This document shows, in pieces, positions 37,836 through 50,822 of a DNA stretch of 53,012 nt. This DNA comes from Octopus sinensis (Eukaryota). The stretch lies in assembly GCF_006345805.1 (NCBI RefSeq), contig NW_021833846.1, positions 1 to 53,012 of the forward strand. Direction: 5' to 3'. Position 1 is the stretch's first letter. Each line of letters begins with the position of its first letter. Below the pieces are notes generated by a model that was given only the letters and a program-made list of their open reading frames with translations, searched no databases and was not told where the DNA came from. Both the position numbers and the translations under genes were made by a program.

Positions 37836-38080
37836 ACATAAAAAGCACCATCCGAACGTGGCCAATGCCAGACCCCTCTGGCACCTGTGCAGGTGGCACG
37901 TAAAAAACACCCACTACACTCGCGGAGTGGTTGGCGTTAGGAAGGGCATCCAGCTGTAGAAACACTGCCAGACTAGACTGGAGCCTGGGGCAGTCCCGAG
38001 CTCCCCAGACCCCGGTCGAAACCGTCCAACCCGTGCTAGCGCGGAAAACGGACGTTAAACGATGATGATGATGATGATGA
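37836..38080 (+). mobile_element. RTE-type 3' tail repeat
   Basis: aaaaagcaccatccgaacgtggcc...gttaggaagggcatccagc...gacgttaaac(gat)n. Confidence 0.8.
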
Positions 38081-38158
38081 TATATATATATATATACATA
38101 TTACATATATACATATTACATATATACATACATTATATATATATACATATATACATAC

Positions 38159-38204
<46 letters not shown>

Positions 38205-38612
38205 TAAATGGAGATGAAAGAGCCAAAAAAGAAATAAAAGGAGGAAAAACATAGGATGAAACAGCCAAAGAAGGAAAAACTAAAACTCAAACAAAACCAA
38301 AAAATGAAACAGCCAAGGATAGAAGCAAACCTGACTATCCATGTACCAAAAGGATAGAAACAGACAGCGCACACAAATGTGTAAATTCTACCTGAAAGGT
38401 GTCTGCTGGCATGGAGAGGAAGGTGCAGGCTGCCGTTTTGCACATCAAAGACCCTACCACATAAGCACGAAACAGGTCAGAAACCAACTACCAAAAGGAA
38501 AAGGAATGGACCATGCACCACCTGTCCCAAAACGGAGGTACGCAGATGTGGTGCGTGCTACAAACCGCCGACATGTTATTGAAAGGGCAGCTGCTGAACA
38601 AGAATCTTTTTT

Positions 38613-39857
38613 GTGCATGGCACAAAAGATTGTACAGCAGCTAACCTGGCTCCATCAAACTCAAACTCGCAGATAGGACTATCCACAATACACAAGACCG
38701 CCACAGCAAATAGACCCAAGGTGGACACCGCCGGCAACAGCATACACCTCACCTCGATGCTCCTACTGAATATCAGAGAACTGCTAACACTCAGTAACAG
38801 GACAAAAATCCCGTTCTTAAGAGACTTTGTTGCATGCAATCAAGCCTTATGCATAGCACTTACAGAAACACACCTGAAACCGGACATAGCAGATGCGGAA
38901 ATACATATACCACAGTATGTTATACTACGGACTGACAGAAAAGAAAGGAGCCATGGAGGAGTTGCTATGTACATCCGTGAGGGCCTCACACCCCAGGTCC
39001 TTTTGTCATACTCAAACTCGGTGTGTGACACACTAATTGTACATATAAGGCAACTTGGTGTAGTTATATGTGCTACATATCGCCCTCCAGATGCCCCAAG
39101 CTATGTAGGCAAGTTTGAAGACTGCCTTATAAAATTAGAAGTTCTAGTCACATTAGAACAACACATAAGTGTACTTCTTATGGGAGTGTACTTCAATCTA
39201 CCCAATGTCAGATGGCCCGAGGGCCTTTCTCTCCCAGGAATGACACGATGTGAACGAGGACAGGCGAGGTCCCTCCTGAACCTCATCAACACTCTGTACA
39301 TGGAGCAAGTAATACTCCAACCAACCAGGGCAGGTAACATACTGGATCTCTGCTTCACAAATAATATGGATCTTATCCATAATGTGAAAGTGACACCGAC
39401 ACTACTCTCGGATCACAACATGGTAGAGCTGACCATGTACGGGCCAAAGGAAAGCATGGACATGCAGCCTACAAGAAACTCTCAGAATCTTTCCAGCTTG
39501 AACTTCCATAAGGCAAACTGGAAACAAATTGAGAAAGAGATCCTCAAACAAAACTGTCCTGAATGTCTCTCCTCGCCAGACATCGACATGAAACTTCAAC
39601 AATTCAAGTCTGTAATGCAAGCCATATGCTACAGATGTGTCCCAGAGAGAAAGGCCACTGTACACAAGAGCAAAATCCCCAGAGAGAGGAAAATTCTAAT
39701 GAGACGGCGTACAAAAGTTTCAAATCGCCTAAACAAACAAATTGAAAGCAGTGAAAAGTCCCGCCTGAAAATAAAACTGTTGGAAATTGAAAAATGTCTG
39801 CAACTCTCCCATGAAAAAGAAAGAGCAGACAAAGAAGCCTGGGCTATAGACACATAA
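38613..39857 (+). pseudogene. LINE ORF2 endonuclease region
   Basis: 414-aa open segment with APE motifs; GDFN is degraded to GVYFN; frameshift at the end. Confidence 0.88.
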
Positions 39858-40136
39858 AATCTAACCCCAGAGCTTTCTACAGGTATGCCAAAGAAACAGC
39901 TACGGTGCACTGTAGGATAGGGCCACTCCTGAAAAGGATGGCACACTCACAGGAAATCCAATGAGGGTAAGTGAAATACTAAATGAGCAATTCAAGAGTA
40001 TTTTCACACCACCCCTAGGCATTTTCAAGTCAGCAATCCAACTGACTTCTTTACCACTGCAGATATAAAATTGGAGGCAGCGATGATTGATTACATCAAT
40101 ATAAAGGAAGACGATGTAATATAGGCTATTGATGAA

Positions 40137-41027
40137 ATGAAAACAAACTCAGCTACTGGCCCAGATGGATTCCCAGCAATCCTTCTAAAAGTATGTAAGA
40201 GATTCCTAGTAAGACCATTGCAGTTCCTCTTTCAGAGCTTCCTTGCAACTGGCAAACTTCCAAGAAAACCGAAGGAAGATAAAATATGCCCTATTCATAA
40301 AAGAGGTAACAGAGCAGAGGCCAAGAACTACAGACCTATCACTCTGATCTCACACATCAGCAAGGTCATGGAACGAATAGTCAGAAGGAATCTAATCACC
40401 TTCCTTGAAGAAAATAACTTGCTGCCGGACACCCAACATGGTTTCCGACCAGGAAGAAGCTGCTTAACTCAGCTCCTACAACACTATGACTGGGTGCTGA
40501 AACGACTGCTCAACCACTCAAATGTGGAAGTCATATATCTCGACTTTGCAAAGGCCTTTGATAAAGTCGATCATGGAATGCTATGTCACAAACTGTGTGA
40601 TCTTGGCATAGTTGGAAAATTGGGGGAATGGCTTCATGACTTTCTGAAGGATAAAAGTCAGGTGGTAGTAGCCAATGGGGCCACTTCCATTAACACGCAA
40701 ATAGTGAGCGGTGTTCCGCAAGGCACTGTTTTGGGACCACTACTGTTCATAATGGCGCTCTCAGACATGCCCTCAGCCACGCAGAGAGACACAATCACAA
40801 GTTATGCAGATGATACAAAAGTTTCACAGGCAATACAGAACCCTGAAGACATTAAGCACCTGCAATGTGAGCTGGACAAAATATACAAGTGGGCTGAAAA
40901 GAATAGCATGCAGTTCAATGCTGAAAAGTTTCAAGCTCTATGCTATCAGCATGCAAAACTAAATGCAATACCTAATACATACACTGGACCTGGAGGGATT
41001 GCAATTCCAGAGGCACAATCAGTGTGA
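40137..41027 (+). pseudogene. LINE ORF2 reverse transcriptase region
   Basis: Complete RT motif set, YADD at 40803-40814; premature TGA at 41025-27. Confidence 0.92.
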
Positions 41028-41775
41028 GACCTGGGCATTTACATGAGTAATGATGCAACCTGTCATGTGCATGTTGCTAAATTGGCAATGAAATGTAGGC
41101 GGCTGACCAGATGGATTCTTAGAACCTTCAGAACAAGAGACCAGGACACCATGATGGTCCTTTGGAGGACTCTTGTCCTAAGCCACTTTGACTATTGCTC
41201 TCAGCTATGGTCACCATCCAGTGTCAAGTTAATCACAGAACTTGAGGCGATCCAACGAAGCTACACGAAGAAGATAGCCTCTGTGCAGCATATAAGCTAT
41301 TGGGAAAGACTCAAGAGATTGAGACTCTATTCCTTAGAGTGTAGGCGAGAAAGATATGCCATAATATACATCTGGAAGATCCTAGAAGGACTTGTCCCAA
41401 ACTTTGGCATCGAGAGTTAAACAAATGCCAGAACTGGGCGCTACTGCATTGTGCCAAGGACTCCAAATTTGCCATCAAGATGTAGGACAAGATACTGTGA
41501 TAGCCTTGGCTTCCGAGGCCCAAATTCTTCAATATCCTCCCGAAGAACCTAAGAGACATGCATGTGGTGGATGCAGATGTCTTTAAAATGAAACTGGATC
41601 TCTTCTTGTCAGGTATCCCTGATGAACCAACTTCACGGCAGGAGGTGCAGATGAGGGCAGCTGCATCGAACTCTCTCATGCACCGTGAAGTAAAATCATG
41701 TAGCAACACCAAATGGCGGTGCACCAGCATGGCCACAGCTTGTGAGCTGAAACTAGATAAATAAATAAATAAAAA

Positions 41776-41778
41776 TAT

Positions 41779-41817
<39 letters not shown>

Positions 41818-42194
41818 GTGATGTATATATATATGTATGTATATATATATGATGTATATATATATATGTATATATATATATGTGTATATGTACGTATAAT
41901 ATGTATGTATATATATATATGTATATATATATATGTATATATATATTATATATATATATATATGTATATATATATACATATATGTATATATATATATATG
42001 TATATATATATACATATATATATATACATATATATATACATATATATATACATATATATATATACACACATATATATATATTTGTGTGTGTGTGTATATA
42101 ATATATATATGTATATATATATATGTATATATATTATATATATATAGGTATATATATATATGTATATATATATGTATATATAATTATATATATG

Positions 42195-42239
<45 letters not shown>

Positions 42240-42307
42240 GTATATGTATAATATATATATAATATGTATATATATATGTATATATATATATGTATATATT
42301 ATGTATA

Positions 42308-42388
<81 letters not shown>

Positions 42389-42395
42389 TATATAC
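41776..42395. repeat. (TA)n-rich microsatellite
   Basis: Seen directly. Confidence 0.95.
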
Positions 42396-42399
42396 TCTT

Positions 42400-43626
42400 T
42401 TACTCTTTACTATTTCTTTTACTTGTTTCAGCCATCCGGCTGAGGCCATGCTGGGGCACCGCCCTTGTTGCTACCCTCTCTAAGTCCAGTTTGCCGTGGC
42501 TGGCCACTGATCTAAGAGAGAGTTTGTAGCTGCTGCCCTAGGTTACCTTCGTACCTTGCAGTGGGTTCATCTGGGATCCCGGAAAAGCAGCTTGTCTAGA
42601 TGTTTTTTGAAAATGTCCACATCCGCATCATGTAGATCTCTTAGTTTTCTTGGCAGTTGTTGAACAGCTGAGGGCCCTGAACCCCAGGCTATTACAGTAT
42701 CTGCTCCTTACCTGGATGTGGAAGACGGGACCTTGGCACCACACAGTGACGACCTGACGGGGATTGAACAGCTCTCAATTCCAAAATTTGGTGCTAGTCC
42801 CTCCAGGATTTTCCATATGTATATCACTGCATATCTCTCTCGTCTTCGTTCCAAGGAGTACAATTGAGTTCCCTAAGCCTCTCCCAATAGTTCTTTTTCT
42901 TTCATGGTGGAAATCCTCTTGGTGAAATGTCTTTGGATTGTTCTCAAGCTCTGTGGTTAGTTTGACACTATGCGGTGACCACAGTTGGGAGCAGTAGTCT
43001 AGGCGGCTTAGGACAAATGTCCTCCATAGTGTCAACATGGTCGCAGTCTCTTGTCCGGAATGTCCTCAGGATCCAGCCAGTGAGTCGTCTGCACATTGTC
43101 GCCACCTTCGCGATGTGTGAAGAAAAAGATGCATCGTCACTCATGTCTATCCCCAGGTCCCGTATTGATTTCGATACTGGGATTTCGATCCCTCCTGGAC
43201 CAGTATAGTTGTGTTGTAATGTATATGTGTTTACAGCTTGATATTGTAAGGCGTTGAAATTTACCAGCATTAAATTGCATGTTGTTGTCTTCAGCCCATT
43301 GTATATGGCATCCAGATCTTGTTGTAAAAGGTCAGCATCAGCTGGGTTTTTGATTTTGCTGTGCTACCTTTGTGTCATCAGCATAGCTAGTGAGGGGGAT
43401 GTTGTTTGTGCTACCAAGGGCATGTCAGAGAGCGCCACCAAAAAACAGCAAGGGTCCCAAGACTGTGCCTTGTGGCACCCGCTTGCTATTGTGTTGTCTT
43501 TCCCGAGAGGGCTCCATTGGCTGCAACCATCTGGCTTCTGTCCTTCAGGAAGTCATGTATCCACTCACCTACTTTTCCTGTTATGCCGAGTCTGAGTAAT
43601 TTGTGACATATCACTCCGTGGTCGAT
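42400..43626 (-). mobile_element. 5'-truncated CR1-group LINE, frameshifted
   Basis: CRRLTGWILRTFRTRD, LDYCSQLWSP, YADD at ~43375-43386 (minus); tail ggcggtgccccagcatggcc...gctgaaacaagtaaaag. Confidence 0.88.
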
Positions 43627-43638
43627 ATGTATATATAT

Positions 43639-43691
<53 letters not shown>

Positions 43692-43721
43692 TGTATATAT
43701 AGATATATATATATATGTATA

Positions 43722-43757
<36 letters not shown>

Positions 43758-43780
43758 GTATATGAATATATATGTATATA

Positions 43781-43820
<40 letters not shown>

Positions 43821-43821
43821 A

Positions 43822-43892
<71 letters not shown>

Positions 43893-44150
43893 GTATATAT
43901 ATATATGATATATATATATGTATATATATATCTTGTATATAATATATGTATGTATATATATATATGTATATATATATATGTATATATATATATATGTATA
44001 TATATATGTATATATATATAATGTATATATATATGTATATATATATATATGTATTTATATATATATGTATATATATATATGTATATATATATAATGTATA
44101 TATATATGTATATATATATGTATATAGAATATATAATATATGGGTGTGTG
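43627..44150. repeat. (TA)n/(TATG)n microsatellite
   Basis: Seen directly. Confidence 0.95.
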
Positions 44151-44167
44151 TGATTGTGTATAGAAGA

Positions 44168-44598
44168 ATATATTAATAAAAGAATTCCACCTTGTCTGAT
44201 TTTCACGTTTTATTTACAATCTTATAATGATAATTATAAGATAATAATTATAATTGAATAAAATAAAATGAAATAGTAGAATGTTAAATATTCATTCTGA
44301 TTGAACTAGTACTTTCATGCATTGAATTCTGCAATCTTCGGGTTCATGTAGTAGTGTTGACAGTCTGCTTCACAATTTTTGACTAAAAATTGTGAAGCAT
44401 GACTGTCAACACTACTACATGAACCGAAGATTGCAGAATTCAATGCATGAAGTACTAGTTCAATCAGAATGAATATTTAACATTCTACTATTTCATTTTA
44501 TTTTATTCAATTATAATATATTATCTTATAATATATCATTATAAGATTGTAATAAAAACGTGAAAATCAGACAAGGTTGGAATTCTTTTTATTAATAT
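44168..44598. repeat. ~430-bp fold-back (arms ~213 bp, 4-nt loop); probable Penelope-like remnant
   Basis: Loop gact at 44381-84; arms differ mainly by single-base indels; flanked by (TA)n. Confidence 0.9.
44302..44346 (-). ncRNA. Minimal type I hammerhead motif with CCGAAGA core
   Basis: Minus strand: tgaac-CCGAAGA-ttgcagaattcaatgcat-GAAA-gtac-TA-gttca. 5-bp stem I, tgca/tgca stem II, palindromic stem III. A mirrored copy with 1-nt deletions lies at 44420-44462 (+). Confidence 0.7.
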
Positions 44599-44623
44599 AT
44601 GTATATATATATATATGTATATA

Positions 44624-45607
44624 TCATCATCATCATCGTTTAACGTCCGCTTTCCATGCTAGCATGGGTTGGACGGTTCAACTGGGGTCTGGCAAGCCCG
44701 ATGGCTGCACCAGGCCAGTCAGATCTGGCAGTGTTTCTACAGCTGGATGCCCTTCCTAACGCCAACCACTCCGAGAGTGTAGTGGGTGATTTTATGTGCC
44801 ACCGACACAGGTGCCAGACGGCCACGCTCGGATGGTGTTTTTTATGTGCCACCGACACAGGTGCCAGACGAGGCTGGCTGACGGCCACGCTCGGATGGTG
44901 TTTTCTTATGTGTCACCGACACAGGTGCCAGACGGGGCTGGCGGACGGCCACGCTCGGATGGTGTTTGTTACGTGCCCTCAGCACGGAGGCCAGTCGTTG
45001 CGGTACTGGCTACGATCACGTTCGGATGGTTTTCTTATGTGCCACGGCACTGGTACCACAAGGATACAAATTCCATTGATGTTCATCTATTTTGATTTGG
45101 TTCGATTTGATTTGATTTGATTCGATTCGATTCTCACTTGCCTCAACAGGTCTTCCACAAGTGTCACAAGAAGGAAGGTATGCACAGGTGGACTGACTAC
45201 GTCCCAGGTAGGGGCCACGGATTATGGCTTCACTAGTCTTGCCGGGTCTTCTCACGCACAGCATACTTCCATAGGTCTCGGTCTCTAGTCATTTCCATGG
45301 TGAGACCTAACGTCCGAAGGTCGTGCTTCACCATTCGTCCCAGGTTTTCCTGGGTCTACCTCTTCCATGGGTTCCCTCAACTGCTAGGGATTGGCACTTT
45401 CTCACACACCTATCTTCATCCATTCTCGCCACATGACCATACCAGCGCAATCGTCTCTCTTGCACACAACAACTGATGCTTCTTAGGTACAACATTTCTC
45501 TCAAGGACTAACGCTCTGTCGAGTAAGTACACTGACATTACACATCCATCGGAGCATACTGGCTTCGTTCCTCACAAGCTACGCATGTCCTCAGCAGTCA
45601 CGGCCCA
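44624..45607 (-). mobile_element. 5'-truncated RTE LINE with expanded 3' UTR tandem repeats
   Basis: Minus strand EASMLRWMCNVSV, ERRLRWYGHV, GRPRKTW, DRDLWKYAV; ~50-60-bp repeats at 44790-45055; (GAT)n tail. Confidence 0.88.
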
Positions 45608-46314
45608 TATATATATGTATATATATATATGTTATATATATATGTATATATATATATGTATATATATATGTGTATATATTATAGATGTATATAATATATA
45701 TGTGTTATATAGGTGTATTATATGTGTATATATATGTGGTATATATATATGTATATATATATATGTATATTATATATATGTATATATATATATGTTATAT
45801 ATATATGTATATATATATATGTATATATATGTATATATATGTTATATATGTATATATATATATGTATTATAGATATATTGTCTATATATATATGTGTATA
45901 TATATATGTGTATATATATATGTATATATAATATGTATATATATATATGTATATGTATATATATATATGTATATATTATATGTATATATATATATGTTAT
46001 ATGTATATATATATATGTATATATGTATAATATAATATGTATAGATATTATGGGTATATATATATGTATATATATATGTTATATATATATATGTATATAT
46101 AGGTGTATATATATATATGTGTATATATATATATGTGATATTATATATGTGTATATATATATGTGTATATATATATATGTGTATATATATATATGTGTAT
46201 ATATATATATGTATATATATGTATATATATATATATGTATATATAATATTGTATGTATATATGTATATGTATGTATATAATATATGTATGTATATGTATA
46301 TATATGTATATATA
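45608..46314. repeat. (TA)n/(TATG)n microsatellite
   Basis: Seen directly. Confidence 0.95.
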
Positions 46315-46885
46315 TCATCATCATCATTGTTCAACTGTGGTCGAGACAATGGAATTTACCATGCTACGCCAGACTTCACGGTCCATCATGGCATTACGGA
46401 GGTCCTGTTGCTGGATGCCTGTATCCCTGGAGATTACATCAGGGTAGGAGAGTGGCCCCTCTGTTATTGCGAGTAGATGGCTTCCAGAGGAGAAGAGTAG
46501 AAATTACTTCTGTTTCAGCTCTACAAACAATGTCCAGCAAACTGACTCTCCTACTTTCACAAGAGATGACACAGGTGGTAGTTTCCCATATATTTGCATT
46601 GGTTGGATGGCGCTTCCACGAGAGATTTGAGCTCTCATAAGGAGGCGAGTGTAGGTTCCATCCAACTGCCCTCAAGCTTCTTTGATAACGTCCAGGTTTC
46701 TGAGCCATATAGTAGAATTGGTTCGACTGTGGCTTTGAATATTTCAAGTTTGAAATCTCTACTTAGATTTGATGACCAGATCTTATGCATGTCATTACAG
46801 GCTGACCAGGCCATACCCTTTCTAGTTAGAAAAGTCTTTTCCAGATGATGATATGTATGATCCAAGATATTTATAATCAAAACCT
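46315..46885 (-). mobile_element. RTE-group LINE 3' fragment (distinct family)
   Basis: RKGMAWSACNDMHKIWSSNLSRDFKLEIFKATVEPILLYGSETWTL; (GAT)n tail. Confidence 0.8.
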
Positions 46886-47040
46886 ATATTAAGGGCGCGT
46901 TGTTGAGAGTATAGATGATGCAATCACTTTGGACAGGCACTTGTTTATGTATTCAGTTTTGGCCTCATTGAGGTAAAGACCTACACAATTGAGGCTTGTT
47001 CAAGAGATTGTAAAAGAGACTGGGCATATATATATATATG

Positions 47041-47090
<50 letters not shown>

Positions 47091-47106
47091 TATGTATATA
47101 TATATG

Positions 47107-47143
<37 letters not shown>

Positions 47144-47180
47144 GTGTGTGTGTGTGTGTGTGTTTATATGTATGTATGTG

Positions 47181-47211
<31 letters not shown>

Positions 47212-47620
47212 ATATCTATGCATGTATGTATGTAAATATATATATGCATGTATGTATATAATATATATATGCATGTATATATATATATGAATATATATAT
47301 GTATGTATATGTGTATGTATGGATATATATATAAGTATGTATATATATATATTAGATATATATATATATATATATATATAGATATAATATATATATATAT
47401 ACAAGATCAGAAAATGGAGAAATACATCTAAATCAAATATCATTACCAGATAATACTCAATCACATACTTTATTAACACCACATAAGAGACTGTGGGGTT
47501 AAATATAAAAGCAGAACAAATCAGTGTACATAAAGGAATGTACATAAAAAAAGTGTACATAAAAGAGTAATGTTGTAATAAGTAGAATATATATAAAAGA
47601 TAATATAAATATAAGTATAG

Positions 47621-47759
47621 ATTACATCTTACAGCTGTTTCGGCCATGTAGATAGGTATGTCTCATTTTACCAATATTAGCCTTTTATGGTAGGTCAATA
47701 TATAGATATAATGAGCATTTACAAAAAATATCATAAGGCCTCTTCGGAGATTATGTAAT
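47621..47759 (-). ncRNA. Type I hammerhead motif with CCGAAGA core and long stem II insertion
   Basis: Minus strand: attacataatct-CCGAAGA-ggcc-(91 nt)-ggcc-GAAA-cagctg-TA-agatgtaat. Stem I atct/agat is extended by attac/gtaat. Confidence 0.7.
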
Positions 47760-48225
47760 ATAAATCAGTCTACATATATACCCACATGGTTATGGGTGCA
47801 TACCCATAATACACATATTACATATGAGTGCATATACTCACACTCTTATACATAAAAATATACATATACATAATAATATAAATAAATAATATAAATAGTA
47901 AACATATATATGTGTTCGACATTCAATGTCTCAGTTTTCGACTTAATATTGTGGTAATAAACATACACCAAATTTACCTAGATGCAAATATACATAGTCA
48001 ATAGTACATTATATTACTTCATACTAATTTCTAAAGTGTCATTAAAGTAGCATCATGATCGTTGTCAATACCATTAATGTTACCACTATTATCATTCATA
48101 ATATTATTAATAACGCTTACATTAGATCCAGAGCGGTATATATGTAGTCTTGTGTACTTCACTAGCAGTATATTGGATATATGTATCCCATGGAGGGTTG
48201 CATTTACAACCCCTATCTCAATTTG

Positions 48226-48278
<53 letters not shown>

Positions 48279-48280
48279 TG

Positions 48281-48312
<32 letters not shown>

Positions 48313-48368
48313 CGTATATATATATGTATGTATGTATATATATATAATATAGATATATATATATATAT

Positions 48369-48737
48369 TGACACGTAAAAGCACCATCCGTTTCATGGCC
48401 GTTTGCCAGCTCTGTCTGGCCCCCGTGTTGGTGGCACGTAAAAACACCATCCGTTCGTGTCCGTTGCCAGCCTCGCCTGGCCCCGTGCCGGTGACACGTA
48501 AAAGCACCATCCGTTCGTGACCGTTTGCCAGCTCTGTCTGGCACCTGTGCAGGTGGCACGTAAAAAGCACCCACTACACTCACGGAGTGGTTGGCGTTAG
48601 GAAGGGCATCCAGCCGTAGAAACACTGCCAGATCTGACTGGGCCTGATGAAGCCTTCCAGCTTCACAGACCCCAGTTGAACCGTCCAACCCATGCTAGCA
48701 TGGAGAATGGACGCTAAATGATGATGATGATGATGAT
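48369..48737 (+). mobile_element. RTE-type 3' tail with three internal repeats
   Basis: Repeated cacgtaaaagcaccatccgtt..., then gttaggaagggcatccagc and (GAT)n. Confidence 0.82.
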
Positions 48738-48874
48738 ATGTATGTATATATATATATATGTATGTATGTATGTATGTATAATATATATATGTATGTATGT
48801 ATTATATATATATATAATATATATATATATGAGTATGTATGTATGTATGTATATATATATATATGTATGTATGT

Positions 48875-48919
<45 letters not shown>

Positions 48920-48924
48920 GTATG

Positions 48925-48999
<75 letters not shown>

Positions 49000-49030
49000 G
49001 TATGTATATATATATATATATGTATGTATG

Positions 49031-49063
<33 letters not shown>

Positions 49064-49131
49064 GTATATAATATATATTATGTATGTATGTATGTATGTA
49101 TATATATATGTATGTATGTATGTATGATATA

Positions 49132-49192
<61 letters not shown>

Positions 49193-49304
49193 GTATGTAT
49201 ATATATATATATATTGTATGTATGTATGTATGTATATAGATATATATATAGTATGTATGTATGTTATGTATATATATATCTTATATTGTATGTATGTATG
49301 TATG

Positions 49305-49347
<43 letters not shown>

Positions 49348-49404
49348 ATATATATATATGTATGTATGTAGTATATATATATATAATGTATGTATGTATG
49401 TATG

Positions 49405-49441
<37 letters not shown>

Positions 49442-49548
49442 GTATGTATATATATATATGTATGTATGTATGTATATATATATATATATATGTATGTTAC
49501 GTAGGATGTATATATAATATATATATATGTATGTATTATGTATGTATG

Positions 49549-49632
<84 letters not shown>

Positions 49633-49714
49633 ATAATGTATGTATGTATATATATATGTATGTATGTATATATATATAGTATGTATGTATTATATATAAT
49701 ATATGTATTGTATG

Positions 49715-49747
<33 letters not shown>

Positions 49748-49913
49748 ATATATTATATATGTATGTATGTATGTTATATATATATATATATGTATGTATA
49801 TATTATATGTATGTATGTATGTATATATATATATATATGTATGTATGTATGTATCTATAATATATATGTATGTATGTATGTATATATATATATGTAGTAT
49901 GTATGTATATATA

Positions 49914-49946
<33 letters not shown>

Positions 49947-50822
49947 ATATATATATATATATATTATATATGTATATATATATAAATATATCATCATCAT
50001 CATCATCAATTTAGCGTCCGCTTTCCATGCTAGCATGGGTTGGACGGGTCAACTGGGGTTCGTGAAGCTGGAAGGCTTCGTCAGGCCCAGTCAGATCTGG
50101 CAGTGTTTCTACGGCTGGATGCCCTTCCTAACGCCACAACACTCCGCGAGTGTAGTGGGTGTTTTTTACGGCCAACCTGCACAGTATATGTATATGTATG
50201 TATAATATAATGTATAGATATATATATATGTATGTTATATATATGTATATATATATGTGTGTATATATATATGTATATATATATGTATGTATATATAATA
50301 TATTATATATATATAAATATATATGTGTGTATATATATATATATGTATGTATTATATATATGTATATATATATATATATATATATAATTGTGTTGTATAT
50401 ATATATATATGTATGGATATATGTGTATATATGTATGTATATATATGTGTGTATAATGTATGTATATATATATGTATGTATATATATATATATTGATATA
50501 TGTATGTATATATGTATATGTGTGTATATGTATATATGTATATGTGTGTATATGTATATATATATATGTGTGTGTATATATATATGTATATATATATGTG
50601 TGTGTACATATATGTATATATATATGTATGTATATGTATATACGTGTGTATATATATATGTATATATATATATATATATGTATGTATATATATGTATATA
50701 TATATATGTATGTATATATATGTATATATTTATATGTATATATATGTGTGTATATATATATGTGTATATATATATGTATGTATATATATACATATGTATA
50801 TGTATATATGTATATATATATA
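48738..50822. repeat. (TATG)n/(TA)n microsatellite with RTE tail fragment at 49990-50184 (-)
   Basis: Seen directly. Confidence 0.93.

Larger units (their letters stand above)
38205..41775 (+). mobile_element. Near full-length CR1-group LINE (CCCH-finger ORF1 remnant, APE endonuclease, RT)
   Basis: CKFYLKGVCWHGEEGAGCRFAH; EN motifs ALTETHL, GGVAMYI, TYRPP, LDLCFTN, SDHN; RT motifs NYRPITL, QHGFRPGRSC, YLDFAKAFDKV, GVPQGTVLGPLLF, YADD; (ATAA)n tail at 41757-41775. Several frameshifts and stops. Confidence 0.93.
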
